From: Clostridia bacterium
Lineage (GTDB): Bacteria; Bacillota; Clostridia; Oscillospirales; CAG-382
Length of the DNA: 33,456 nucleotides
Assembly: GCA_900757905.1 (NCBI GenBank)
Contig: CAAEPN010000005.1
Location: forward strand, 1 to 33,456
Reading direction: 5' to 3'
Part shown: positions 25,167 through 32,900 of the stretch, piece by piece
Numbering within the stretch: the stretch's first letter is position 1
How the letters are laid out: each line of letters opens with the position of its first letter
Notes under the pieces: generated by a model
The model's database searches: none
What the model saw: the letters and a program-made list of their open reading frames with translations, nothing else
What the model was told of the DNA's origin: nothing
Translations under genes and position numbers: made by a program

Positions 25167-25754
25167 ATGGGTATCATAGAATTATTGCTTCTCGCGGTCG
25201 GACTTTCCATGGACGCTTTTGCCGTATCGGTCTGTAAGGGACTGGCTACGCGACAGATAAAGTTCAAGCATTATCTCATTATCGGCGCGTGGTTCGGCGG
25301 TTTTCAGGCGCTTATGCCACTCACCGGTTATTTTTTGGGTACTTTGTTTGAAAAATATATTGTAAGATACGACCATTGGATCGCTTTCGGACTTCTTGTC
25401 TACATTGGCGGCAACATGATCCATGAGGCGCTTTCGAAGGACGAAGAGCCGTCGGACGCGTCGTTTGCCTTCAAGAACATGCTTCTTTTAGCACTTGCCA
25501 CGAGCATTGACGCGCTTGCAGTCGGTATAACGTTAGCGCTTCTTTCCGACGTGAATATTTGGTCGTCGATCGCCATTATCGGCACGACCACCTTTATCAT
25601 TTCCGCGATAGGCTTGAAGATCGGAAATGTTTTCGGAACGCGCTACAAATCGCGTGCCGAGCTTGTCGGCGGTATCATTCTGATTCTCATCGGCTGCAAT
25701 ATCCTGTTTGAGCACTTGGGCGTGCGGGAATTTTTAGCAAAGGCTTTTGCATAA
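25167..25754 (+). CDS. mntP: Manganese efflux pump MntP (DUF204 family)
   Basis: Track ORF trimmed to the ATG at 25167 ([22 protein letters not shown]). The second half-repeat [11 protein letters not shown] is present, and the whole protein is hydrophobic. Confidence 0.85.
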   Translation: MGIIELLLLAVGLSMDAFAVSVCKGLATRQIKFKHYLIIGAWFGGFQALMPLTGYFLGTLFEKYIVRYDHWIAFGLLVYIGGNMIHEALSKDEEPSDASFAFKNMLLLALATSIDALAVGITLALLSDVNIWSSIAIIGTTTFIISAIGLKIGNVFGTRYKSRAELVGGIILILIGCNILFEHLGVREFLAKAFA

Positions 25755-25759
25755 TTGTA

Positions 25760-25796
25760 AAAAGAGCGTTCTATACCAAGTATAGAACGCTCTTTT
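25760..25796. terminator. Bidirectional terminator between mntP and the toxin gene
   Basis: AAAAGAGCGTTCTATA-CCAAG-TATAGAACGCTCTTTT is a perfect 16-bp stem that includes the A and T runs. It overlaps the toxin stop codon. Confidence 0.8.
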
Positions 25797-26058
25797 AAAT
25801 TCCTAATATTTCCTTGTGATGCCCTATGTCTATTAACAGAATTATAATGCCATTTTCATAGCGCCACAAAATGCGAATATCCATGTTGACGCTCATTTCA
25901 AACACATTGTCAAGTCCCTTTACCTTTTTTGTACGAAGCGACGGGTGAAATGGATTTTGCATCAAAAGCTTTATTTTGTTTGCTGTTTGCTTTTGTTCTG
26001 CCGCAGACAGTTTTTTCAAATCCCTTTCAAATTCCTTTGTATATTTGAGCTTATACAT
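25795..26058 (-). CDS. RelE/StbE (ParE-RelE superfamily) type II toxin
   Basis: 87 aa. MYKLKYTKEFERDLKKLSAAEQKQTANKIKLLMQNPFHPSLRTKKVKG..IRILWRYENGIIILLIDIGHHKEI fits the RelE/StbE pattern. The start overlaps the antitoxin gene by 8 nt. Confidence 0.75.
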   Translation of the reverse strand: MYKLKYTKEFERDLKKLSAAEQKQTANKIKLLMQNPFHPSLRTKKVKGLDNVFEMSVNMDIRILWRYENGIIILLIDIGHHKEILGI

Positions 26059-26317
26059 TGTTTATGTCGATACCCATATCGGAAAACAAATCTTCAACGC
26101 TTTCAAACGCTGTCTTTTTTTTCGTATCGCTTTCCGACTCTTTCAGTATTTTTGCGATTTTTGCAATTTTGTCTTTTGGGTAGACAACGACAGGGCAAAG
26201 GAATATACCGCCGTCTTTCTCCATAATGTCGAACTTATCTCCCTCCGAAATACCGAGCTTCTTGATAATTTCAGCTGGTATGGTTATTTGGGAACGTCCT
26301 CTGATTTCCGCTAACAT
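26051..26317 (-). CDS. AbrB/MazE/SpoVT-type antitoxin
   Basis: ATG at 26317, 6 nt after AGAGGTG (the track start at 26326 is the GTG inside that RBS). SpoVT-AbrB motif RGRSQITIPAEIIKKLGISEGDKFDI and an acidic C-terminus. Confidence 0.75.
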   Translation of the reverse strand: MLAEIRGRSQITIPAEIIKKLGISEGDKFDIMEKDGGIFLCPVVVYPKDKIAKIAKILKESESDTKKKTAFESVEDLFSDMGIDINNV

Positions 26318-26367
26318 GAAAAGCACCTCTTTCGATATTTCTGATTTTCTGAATTTCTTATACTATT

Positions 26368-26396
26368 ATTATATGTTCTTTTTCCGAAAAAATCAA
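26368..26396 (-). promoter_or_regulatory. Sigma-A promoter of the TA operon
   Basis: On the minus strand: TTGATT (rc of 26391-26396), a 17-nt spacer, then TATAAT (rc of 26368-26373). The leader carries a direct repeat TCAGAAA x2 (rc of 26338-26344 and 26346-26352). Confidence 0.55.
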
Positions 26397-26455
26397 GTAA
26401 AAATCTTAAATTTCCTGAAATTTGAACATATAACTTTTTATTGTCCCGCCATTTT

Positions 26456-26484
26456 GCATATTCGCTTTCACTTCGGACATACTA
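26456..26484 (+). promoter_or_regulatory. Sporulation-sigma-type promoter (sigma-G/F-like; also fits sigma-E) for tepA
   Basis: GCATA (26456-26460), a 17-nt spacer, then CATACTA (26478-26484). Read another way it is CATATT-N15-CATACTAT. The consensus sequences are recalled from B. subtilis. No TTGACA/TATAAT pair is present here. Confidence 0.5.
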
Positions 26485-26514
26485 TCTAAAAACAAACCTT
26501 TCAGGAGCCGAAGT

Positions 26515-27321
26515 ATGAATAACGAACGCAAAAATCTAACGGAAAATCCCTATGCCGCAGCCGGCAAAAGCGAGAGCGGACCCGACAAGGAAGAAAATGA
26601 AGAAAAAGAAACCTCCGAGGAACGCGAAGAGATACGCCAAGCCAAAAAGCAAGAGCTTCAGTTCGGAAACATTTCCGACAGCGGCAGTATTACCACCAAG
26701 CACGACGACGTCACCATTCATTCTTTGGTGATTGCCGGTCAGATTGAGGGACATTATCTTCTCTCCGGTCAAACCAAGACCACCAAGTATGAGCATGTCA
26801 TTCCCCAGCTTGTCAGCGTTGAGGAAAGCTCCGAAATCGACGGTCTTTTGATGCTCATCAACACCGTCGGCGGCGATGTGGAGGCAGGACTTGCCATTGC
26901 GGAACTGATATCCGGCATGAAAAAGCCGACCGTATCGCTTGTGCTCGGCGGCGGCCATTCGATCGGCGTACCGCTTGCGGTCTGCACGAAAAAATCGTTT
27001 ATTGTGCCGTCCGCCACCATGACCATTCATCCGGTGCGCATGAACGGACTTGTCATCGGCGTGCCGCAGACCTTCACTTATTTTATGCGCATGCAGGAGC
27101 GGATCATCGATTTTATCGTCAAGAATTCGCATGTTTCCGAAAAGCAGTTCCGGGAGTTAATGCTCGAAACCGATGAGCTTGCCGCCGATATCGGCACAGT
27201 CATCGACGGACTGCGTGCGGTGGACATCGGTCTCATCGACGCAGTCGGCAGTCTTTCCGAAGCGCTCGACGCATTAAAAGATATGTGCCGGACGGCGCGC
27301 GAAAATCATAAGAGTGAATAA
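26515..27321 (+). CDS. tepA: ClpP/crotonase-fold TepA-like protease
   Basis: AGGAG RBS. An acidic N-terminal tail is followed by IHSLVIAGQIEGH..LMLINTVGGDVEAGLAIAELI..LVLGGGHSIGVPLAV..TMTIHPVR, which is typical of TepA (YmfB). Confidence 0.8.
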   Translation: MNNERKNLTENPYAAAGKSESGPDKEENEEKETSEEREEIRQAKKQELQFGNISDSGSITTKHDDVTIHSLVIAGQIEGHYLLSGQTKTTKYEHVIPQLVSVEESSEIDGLLMLINTVGGDVEAGLAIAELISGMKKPTVSLVLGGGHSIGVPLAVCTKKSFIVPSATMTIHPVRMNGLVIGVPQTFTYFMRMQERIIDFIVKNSHVSEKQFRELMLETDELAADIGTVIDGLRAVDIGLIDAVGSLSEALDALKDMCRTARENHKSE

Positions 27322-27330
27322 AATAAGAAA

Positions 27331-27362
27331 AGTCCTGTCGCACTTATTCTTGCGACAGGACT
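27331..27362. terminator. Terminator hairpin, left copy of a duplicated 32-mer
   Basis: AGTCCTGTCGCACTTATTCTTGCGACAGGACT, preceded by AAAA. It matches 27554-27585 at 30 of 32 positions. Confidence 0.75.
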
Positions 27363-27553
27363 CAGACCGCTGCAAAAGTCTATAAGGCTTTTCGGGCGAA
27401 GCCCGATTTCAATAAAAACGAAAAATCCGGGGACATGCGCCACGGATTTTTCGCCGATCGATTCGCGAGTGTCGAAAAGCGGAGCTTTTTGGCATGAGGC
27501 GCGAGCGCGCGAATCTGTTTCCGTGCCGTAAAACGTAGTTTTACGACACGCTC
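27363..27553 (-). repeat. 191-bp interspersed structured element, copy 2 (inverted relative to copy 1)
   Basis: The reverse complement GAGCGTGTCGTAAAAC...GCAGCGGTCTG aligns end to end with 21137-21327. The internal terminator-like hairpin is at 27421-27451. Confidence 0.9.
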
Positions 27554-27585
27554 AGTCCTGTCGCACTTATCCTTGCGGCAGGACT
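27554..27585. terminator. Terminator hairpin, right copy of the duplicated 32-mer
   Basis: AGTCCTGTCGCACTTATCCTTGCGGCAGGACT followed by TGAATTTT. It lies 23 nt past the maa stop. Confidence 0.75.
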
Positions 27586-27608
27586 TGAATTTTGCCGAAA
27601 GCAGCTAA

Positions 27609-28220
27609 CTAAATCATAGCCTCCATAGCCTTTTCGTCCTCTTCGGTGATCTTGCGTATCACCTTGCATGGAACGCCATAGGCCACAACGCCGGCCGGGA
27701 TATCATGCGTCACGACGCTGCCGGCGCCAATGACCGCACCGTCGCCGATCGTAACCCCGGCGCAGACAATAACGCCGGCACACAGCCACACATCGTTGCC
27801 GATGGTGATCGGCTTTGCATAGCACGGAACAAAAGTCTCGCCCTTTTCGTTTATCATGCCGGCACGCTGCTTGCCCGAAAGCGGATGAAGCGGCGTGGAA
27901 AGCGTAACGTTAGGCCCTGCCATGAAGTTGTCGCCGATCGTAACGCCGCCGTCGTCCTGAACGATAAAATTATAGTTGGCGAAGAAATTCGAGCCGACCT
28001 TGGTATGCATTCCGTAATTGAACTGCACCGGACCTTGGAAATTCACGCTCTCGCCGTGAGCACCGAGCATTTCATCGATAATTTCCGCACGTCTGGGATT
28101 GTCCTCGGTCAGCATATTGTATTCCACACAGAGATTGTGCGCCTTGTGCTTGACCGCTCTCAACTCCTCGCCGCGCGGATTGAACATTTTACCGGCAAAA
28201 ATCTTTTCATGCTCCGTCAT
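27609..28220 (-). CDS. maa: Maltose/galactoside O-acetyltransferase (hexapeptide-repeat)
   Basis: N-terminal Mac domain (MTEHEKIFAGKMFNPRGEELRAVKHKAHNLCVEYN) and left-handed beta-helix repeats (IGDNVWLCAGVIVCAGVTIGDGAVIGAGSVV). AGGAGG RBS. Confidence 0.9.
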   Translation of the reverse strand: MTEHEKIFAGKMFNPRGEELRAVKHKAHNLCVEYNMLTEDNPRRAEIIDEMLGAHGESVNFQGPVQFNYGMHTKVGSNFFANYNFIVQDDGGVTIGDNFMAGPNVTLSTPLHPLSGKQRAGMINEKGETFVPCYAKPITIGNDVWLCAGVIVCAGVTIGDGAVIGAGSVVTHDIPAGVVAYGVPCKVIRKITEEDEKAMEAMI

Positions 28221-28259
28221 GATAAATTCCTCCTAAGCATCGGATATATTCGAATAATT

Positions 28260-29573
28260 TTATTTCAATAACAGCATAGCCGCGCTGTAGTTATACGCGC
28301 CGTGCGGCTTATAGATCATGCCGATACCGGCATATTTTTTATCGGACAGCATAATGGCACGATGCTGACGGGAATTGCGCCAGCCATTCATACAGGTGAA
28401 GATATTCTTTGCTCCGGCACAGATGTTTTCGCCCCATGCCTGCCACTTGAAGCCGGGATTATACATCTGATACCGTGTAATCGCGCTTTCACCCGATGCG
28501 CCCGTGTGCGTCAACTCTCCGATATCGGCCATATAGGCAGCATGGTCGAGAGAGCAAGCCGCCGCCGCGTCGTCCCAAGTGAGTGCCGGGAGATGATTGG
28601 CGGCACGGAAAGCGTTGAGAATATCTAATCCCATGCGTGCGCCGCCGGCAAGCGCCGTATTGATATCGTGCAGATTGTAATAGCCGTCTGCTGCGGCATA
28701 GACCGCACATAACTGCTTTTCGATCGTATCATAATATTTATGCAGATTGACGTGCTCCGTGTGTACATATTCATACTGTCTGCCGTCTGCGGGAGCCGCC
28801 GCACCGTACTGCAAGCCCTCCGAGGTGGAAAAGCCCGGCGTATTGGTATAATACGCGCAGATAATACCGCCATCCGAAGCGATCGCAAGAAAAGCGTTCG
28901 GATTGGCATAAACATGCCACAAAAGACCGTTTTCTGCCGAGACCGAATAGGTCGGCAATCCGTAAAGGGCCACGAACGAATCGTAGGTCTGACCGATTGT
29001 GACAGTGCAGATACCAAGCGTCAGAGAATGTGTTTTTTCACGCGAATAAATGCCGGCCGTCTGCGTTTTTTCGTCCCATCCGACCGTCGCGTCGAGCGAT
29101 TCGGACACAGCGCGCAGGGGAACATACGTCACCTCACCCACCAAGATGGCTTTTGCCGGGATCTTTTTCTTTACGCCGTTGACCGTCATTTCATCCGAAT
29201 CGATGACAAGCGTTATATTTTTTCCGGCCGAGGTAATAAGAATGCTTTGCGTTTTCTCCACCCATTCGACCTTGCAGCCGAGGTTTTCCATGACCGCGCG
29301 AAGCGGAATCAACGTATAGTCGCCCAAAATAAAAGGCGCATAGGCAAACGACGGCGACACGCCGTTTATCTTGACGCTGACCTTTTCGAGGGCAGGCTCC
29401 GACGAGAAAATTGGCGTATTCTGAAGAACCGAGGAGAACGAATTTAGGGAAGCGGCGTTAACGCCTCCTGCAAATAGTGTCAAAGAAGCCGTAACAGAGA
29501 GGAAAAGAGCCGAAAGTGCGCCGAAACGTTTGTATTTTCCGCTTGGCTTTTGCGCAAAAAATTTCATGTGCAT
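28260..29573 (-). CDS. Secreted protein: copper-amine-oxidase-N-like (stalk) domain plus C-terminal CAP/SCP (YkwD-like) domain
   Basis: Start at the ATG at 29573 or 29567, after GAAAGGA; the track start at 29609 has no RBS. Signal peptide KRFGALSALFLSVTASLTLFAGGVNA. Stalk domain YTLIPLRAVMENLGCKVEWVEKTQ..TYVPLRAVSESLDATVGWDEKTQ. CAP domain LNAFRAANHLPALTWDD..HTGASGE..WRNSRQHRAIML. Confidence 0.8.
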   Translation of the reverse strand: MHMKFFAQKPSGKYKRFGALSALFLSVTASLTLFAGGVNAASLNSFSSVLQNTPIFSSEPALEKVSVKINGVSPSFAYAPFILGDYTLIPLRAVMENLGCKVEWVEKTQSILITSAGKNITLVIDSDEMTVNGVKKKIPAKAILVGEVTYVPLRAVSESLDATVGWDEKTQTAGIYSREKTHSLTLGICTVTIGQTYDSFVALYGLPTYSVSAENGLLWHVYANPNAFLAIASDGGIICAYYTNTPGFSTSEGLQYGAAAPADGRQYEYVHTEHVNLHKYYDTIEKQLCAVYAAADGYYNLHDINTALAGGARMGLDILNAFRAANHLPALTWDDAAAACSLDHAAYMADIGELTHTGASGESAITRYQMYNPGFKWQAWGENICAGAKNIFTCMNGWRNSRQHRAIMLSDKKYAGIGMIYKPHGAYNYSAAMLLLK

Positions 29574-29601
29574 GCGTATCCTTTCCCGATAATTTAAGCG
29601 A

Positions 29602-29618
29602 TACGGCATAAGCCGTTT
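29602..29618. repeat. 17-mer TACGGCATAAGCCGTTT (contains dyad ACGGC-ATAA-GCCGT), copy 1
   Basis: Exact repeat of 29826-29842. It lies in the predicted 5' leader of the CAP-domain gene. Confidence 0.8.
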
Positions 29619-29632
29619 CGCCGTATACCGAT

Positions 29633-29661
29633 ATTATACAGGATTCTTCGGGATTTGTACA
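29633..29661 (-). promoter_or_regulatory. Candidate sigma-A promoter for the CAP-domain gene
   Basis: On the minus strand: TGTACA (rc of 29656-29661), a 17-nt spacer, then TATAAT (rc of 29633-29638), with TG immediately upstream of the -10. Confidence 0.35.
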
Positions 29662-29762
29662 GTCTTTTCACAAAAATTTTCAACTTTTTTGTATGGGGAA
29701 CGAAGTTTTGCAACACGCACATAAAAACCGCTTTTTCCCAAGCGAAATTTGTGAAAAAAGGT

Positions 29763-29791
29763 TTGACAGAACCACATGGTTGTGATATACT
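29763..29791 (+). promoter_or_regulatory. Sigma-A promoter for the 1148-aa surface protein gene
   Basis: TTGACA (29763-29768), a 17-nt spacer, then TATACT (29786-29791). Confidence 0.6.
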
Positions 29792-29825
29792 TAAAATACG
29801 ATAGGTATGCTGTAAAAATTCGGTT

Positions 29826-29842
29826 TACGGCATAAGCCGTTT
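29826..29842. repeat. 17-mer TACGGCATAAGCCGTTT, copy 2
   Basis: Exact repeat of 29602-29618. It lies about 35 nt downstream of the plus-strand -10, in the leader, and is followed by TTGCTTTTT. Confidence 0.8.
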
Positions 29843-29932
29843 TTGCTTTTTGCATGTTTTTACACATGCGGATGTTTGGCTTTTTATTTAAAATCTTCAA
29901 CTTTCAATTATCACGATTCGGAGGTCGTTTCA

Positions 29933-32900
29933 ATGAGAATAAAAAAAGGGTTCCGTCTTGCCGCGCTGCTTCTTATTTTGGTCAGTGTCTTTGCCGTTTT
30001 ATGCGCCGCAGACGGTACATATGAGGAATTGTATCCGGCAAGCGATACCGGCGCATACAACTATACCTACGCCGAGGCATCCCCCGGCGCGTCATATCTT
30101 GTTTACATGCTTGCCGGAACCTATACCGACGGGGAAACGCCCTCCCTTTCGGCAGCCGACAGCAATGTTTTATACTACAATCATGTCCGTGCCGATGAGA
30201 ACGGAAATCTGAATCTGTCGTTTGTGCCGATGCGCTACATGGACGCCACCGTTTTTCTTTCGTCCGTTTCTTTCCAAACGCCAAAGATCTTATTTTACGC
30301 CAAAGCCGGCGAAGCGCTCGATGTAGCCGACTTTACCATTACGCTCGACGCCGAGGAATATGTTCTTTCCGGCGGAAGCGTCACGACCTATGTCCGCTAT
30401 TATGTAAAAGCCGTCGATTCTTTCGGCTTTGCCTCTAAGCTGCCGTCCTTTGCCTCGCGCGAGATTGCCGACTACGACGGCGATAAGATCAGCTTTCTCT
30501 CCGGTAACGCCATTGCCCTCTCTCCCTCCCTTGAGCAAGGCGTTTATACGCTTGCCATCACCTGCGGCGACATCACCCGGACAGCCAACATCGTCGTGAA
30601 GCACGCCGCCGCAATTCCCTCCGATCTGCAAGTCACCGTTGACGGCGATTCCCTCTACACGAGCTACTATATATACGCAAAGACCGATTTGAACGAGACC
30701 GTCTTTGTGCCGGAATATCTGTTGATCGAAGCGCAAACACTCGACCAATACGGCGAGCCCATGGAAGACCGCTACACCTGCACCTATGTTCCCGTCATCG
30801 GCGATGTGGAGGGTAAACCCCAACAGCTCATCGGCACGGACGCAGTGCAGAAGTTTTATCCGCTCGAAATTCCCGATATCGGTCAAGAGCTGAACTACCG
30901 GTTCACCGTAACAAGCTCCTACAACGACCCGTCCTCTTCGGACAACAGTCCTTTTTCCTATTCTTTTGATATTACCGTCGTCGGTGAATCGGCCTTCGAA
31001 GGCATGGCACAAAAGCTGTTTGAAAACTACTTAAAGGCAAAGGTCTATATCGACCGTTTGAATCGGGAAGATATCGTCATTGCCACAAGCTCCGCCGAAG
31101 TGCCGCAAAGCAAAATGTGGTCGAAGAAAGCACCAGCTGACCGGCTGCGCACGGCATACGAACAAGCGCAAGCCTTACTGGAACTGCACCGGACCACGCC
31201 GCAGGCCGACAGCACCTTATCTTCGCAGGATTCGGCGCTCACCTCAGCCTTATCTGCCTTTGAACGCGGACTTTTGAATGGCTCGTATGCCATTATTGAA
31301 AAGCTTGCCTTTGCAGACGCCGCCTATTCGATTCCGCTCGGCGAGACCAAGTCCATCGCGGTCACCGCCACGCCCGTCCGTCCGTCCGAAAAGATCCTCT
31401 ATACCAGCGAAAATACGGAAATTGCCACCGTGGACAGCAGCGGCACGGTAACTCCGCTTGCTATCGGTACGACCCGTATCACGGCCTCCAACACAGACGG
31501 CTCCATTTCAGCCTATTACGACCTGACCGTTTATCAGCCGATCACCTCCGTTTCTTTTGCCGAAAAGGAGATCACGCTTGTAGCCGGTGAAACCATAACG
31601 CCGGTTTTCCGTGTCTACCCGGAGGATCACGGCGATACCTACAGCTTCTCCAGCGCCAACACCAAGATCGTGCGCGTTGACGCCGAAACCGGCAAGCTCC
31701 TTGCACTTGCCGAAGGTACGGCCGTCATCACCTTAAAGGCAAGCGGAAAACCGCAGGCCACGCTCACCGTAAACGTCGTTATGCCCACCTTTGCCGGTTC
31801 GACAAAGACGCGCACCAAGCGTTCGTCTGAATTTACGCTTTCTTATACCGTCAACAATGCCTATCATTTCGGAAAAATGACGTTGACTGCTGTCTATGAT
31901 GCGGACGTTTTCACCTTAAAGAGCACCGAAAGCACGGAGCTTTCCGAAAACTTTACCGGAACGGATACCGAAACTGCCGGAAACGCCGTCTCCACATGGA
32001 CCTTCGATACGCCCTACGAAAGCGCCGGCGCGGAGATCGTCACTTACACTTTCACGACCGCTGAAAACGCTTCTTACGCCAATCACAACATCCGTTTCGT
32101 GTTCCAGGCGCAAACGCCCGACGGCGCGGATATCTTAGTCAACGATTTTGAAAAGACAGCCGTTGTCACGGTCGGCGAAACAAGTACCTATCACGTTTCG
32201 GTCATCGCCTCCGGCTACGGTACGGTCGAGGGCGGCGGCGATTACGAATACGGCGAACAGGCAACGCTTACCGCAACGCCGGAACGCAATTATACCTTAA
32301 GCGGTTGGTATGTTTCCAATAAATTAGTCTATTCCGAGCTGAAATACACCCTCACCGTTACCGATGATATTACCGTAACCGCAAAATTCGTCAAGAAAAC
32401 GCCGAGCGGCGGTGGCAGCACTGGCGGTGGCGGCGGTACCGGCGGCGGTGGCAGTACCGGCGGAAGCGGCGCCGGCAGCGTCACCAAGCTTGAACAGGTT
32501 AAGCCTGTCACCTGCGATACGCCGAGCGGCCTTATCACGCCCGGCACAAAAGTCACCTTAAGCTGCGCTACCGTGGGCGCCGTCATTTACTACACATTAG
32601 ACGGCACGCCGCCGACCGGTGCATCTATCCGCTACACCGAGCCGATCGAGATTACCCAGAACGGCACGCAGATTCGCGCCGTGGCAATCAAAAACGGCAT
32701 GACCAACAGTGAGATCATCGCCTTCAATTTCCGTTTCCCGGATGAAGAACCGACTGATCCCGGTAAAGAACCCGACGAACCGGCCGGAAACGCGGTCGTT
32801 ACATTAAAGGAAAACGCCGCGCAAATCAAATATCTTGCTGCTCCCTCCTCTTACATCCGTCCGAACGACCCGGCCAGCCGCTATGAAGTGGTGGACATGC

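Noticed and set aside
27435-27497. 20-codon ORF conserved in both element copies (MRHGFF(A/T)DRFASVEKRSFLA; the other copy is at 21193-21255 on the minus strand)
   Set aside because: The copies differ at 3 of 63 nt (2 synonymous, 1 non-synonymous), which is not distinguishable from the element-wide divergence. The only SD-like GGGG sits 2-3 nt from the ATG, and the ORF lies inside predicted helices. It is kept as a caveat to the non-coding interpretation, testable by ribosome profiling.
29634-29900. 88-aa minus-strand ORF in the divergent intergenic region
   Set aside because: It has a TTG start and a weak RBS, and it spans both predicted promoters and both 17-mer repeats. It is most likely a non-coding regulatory region.
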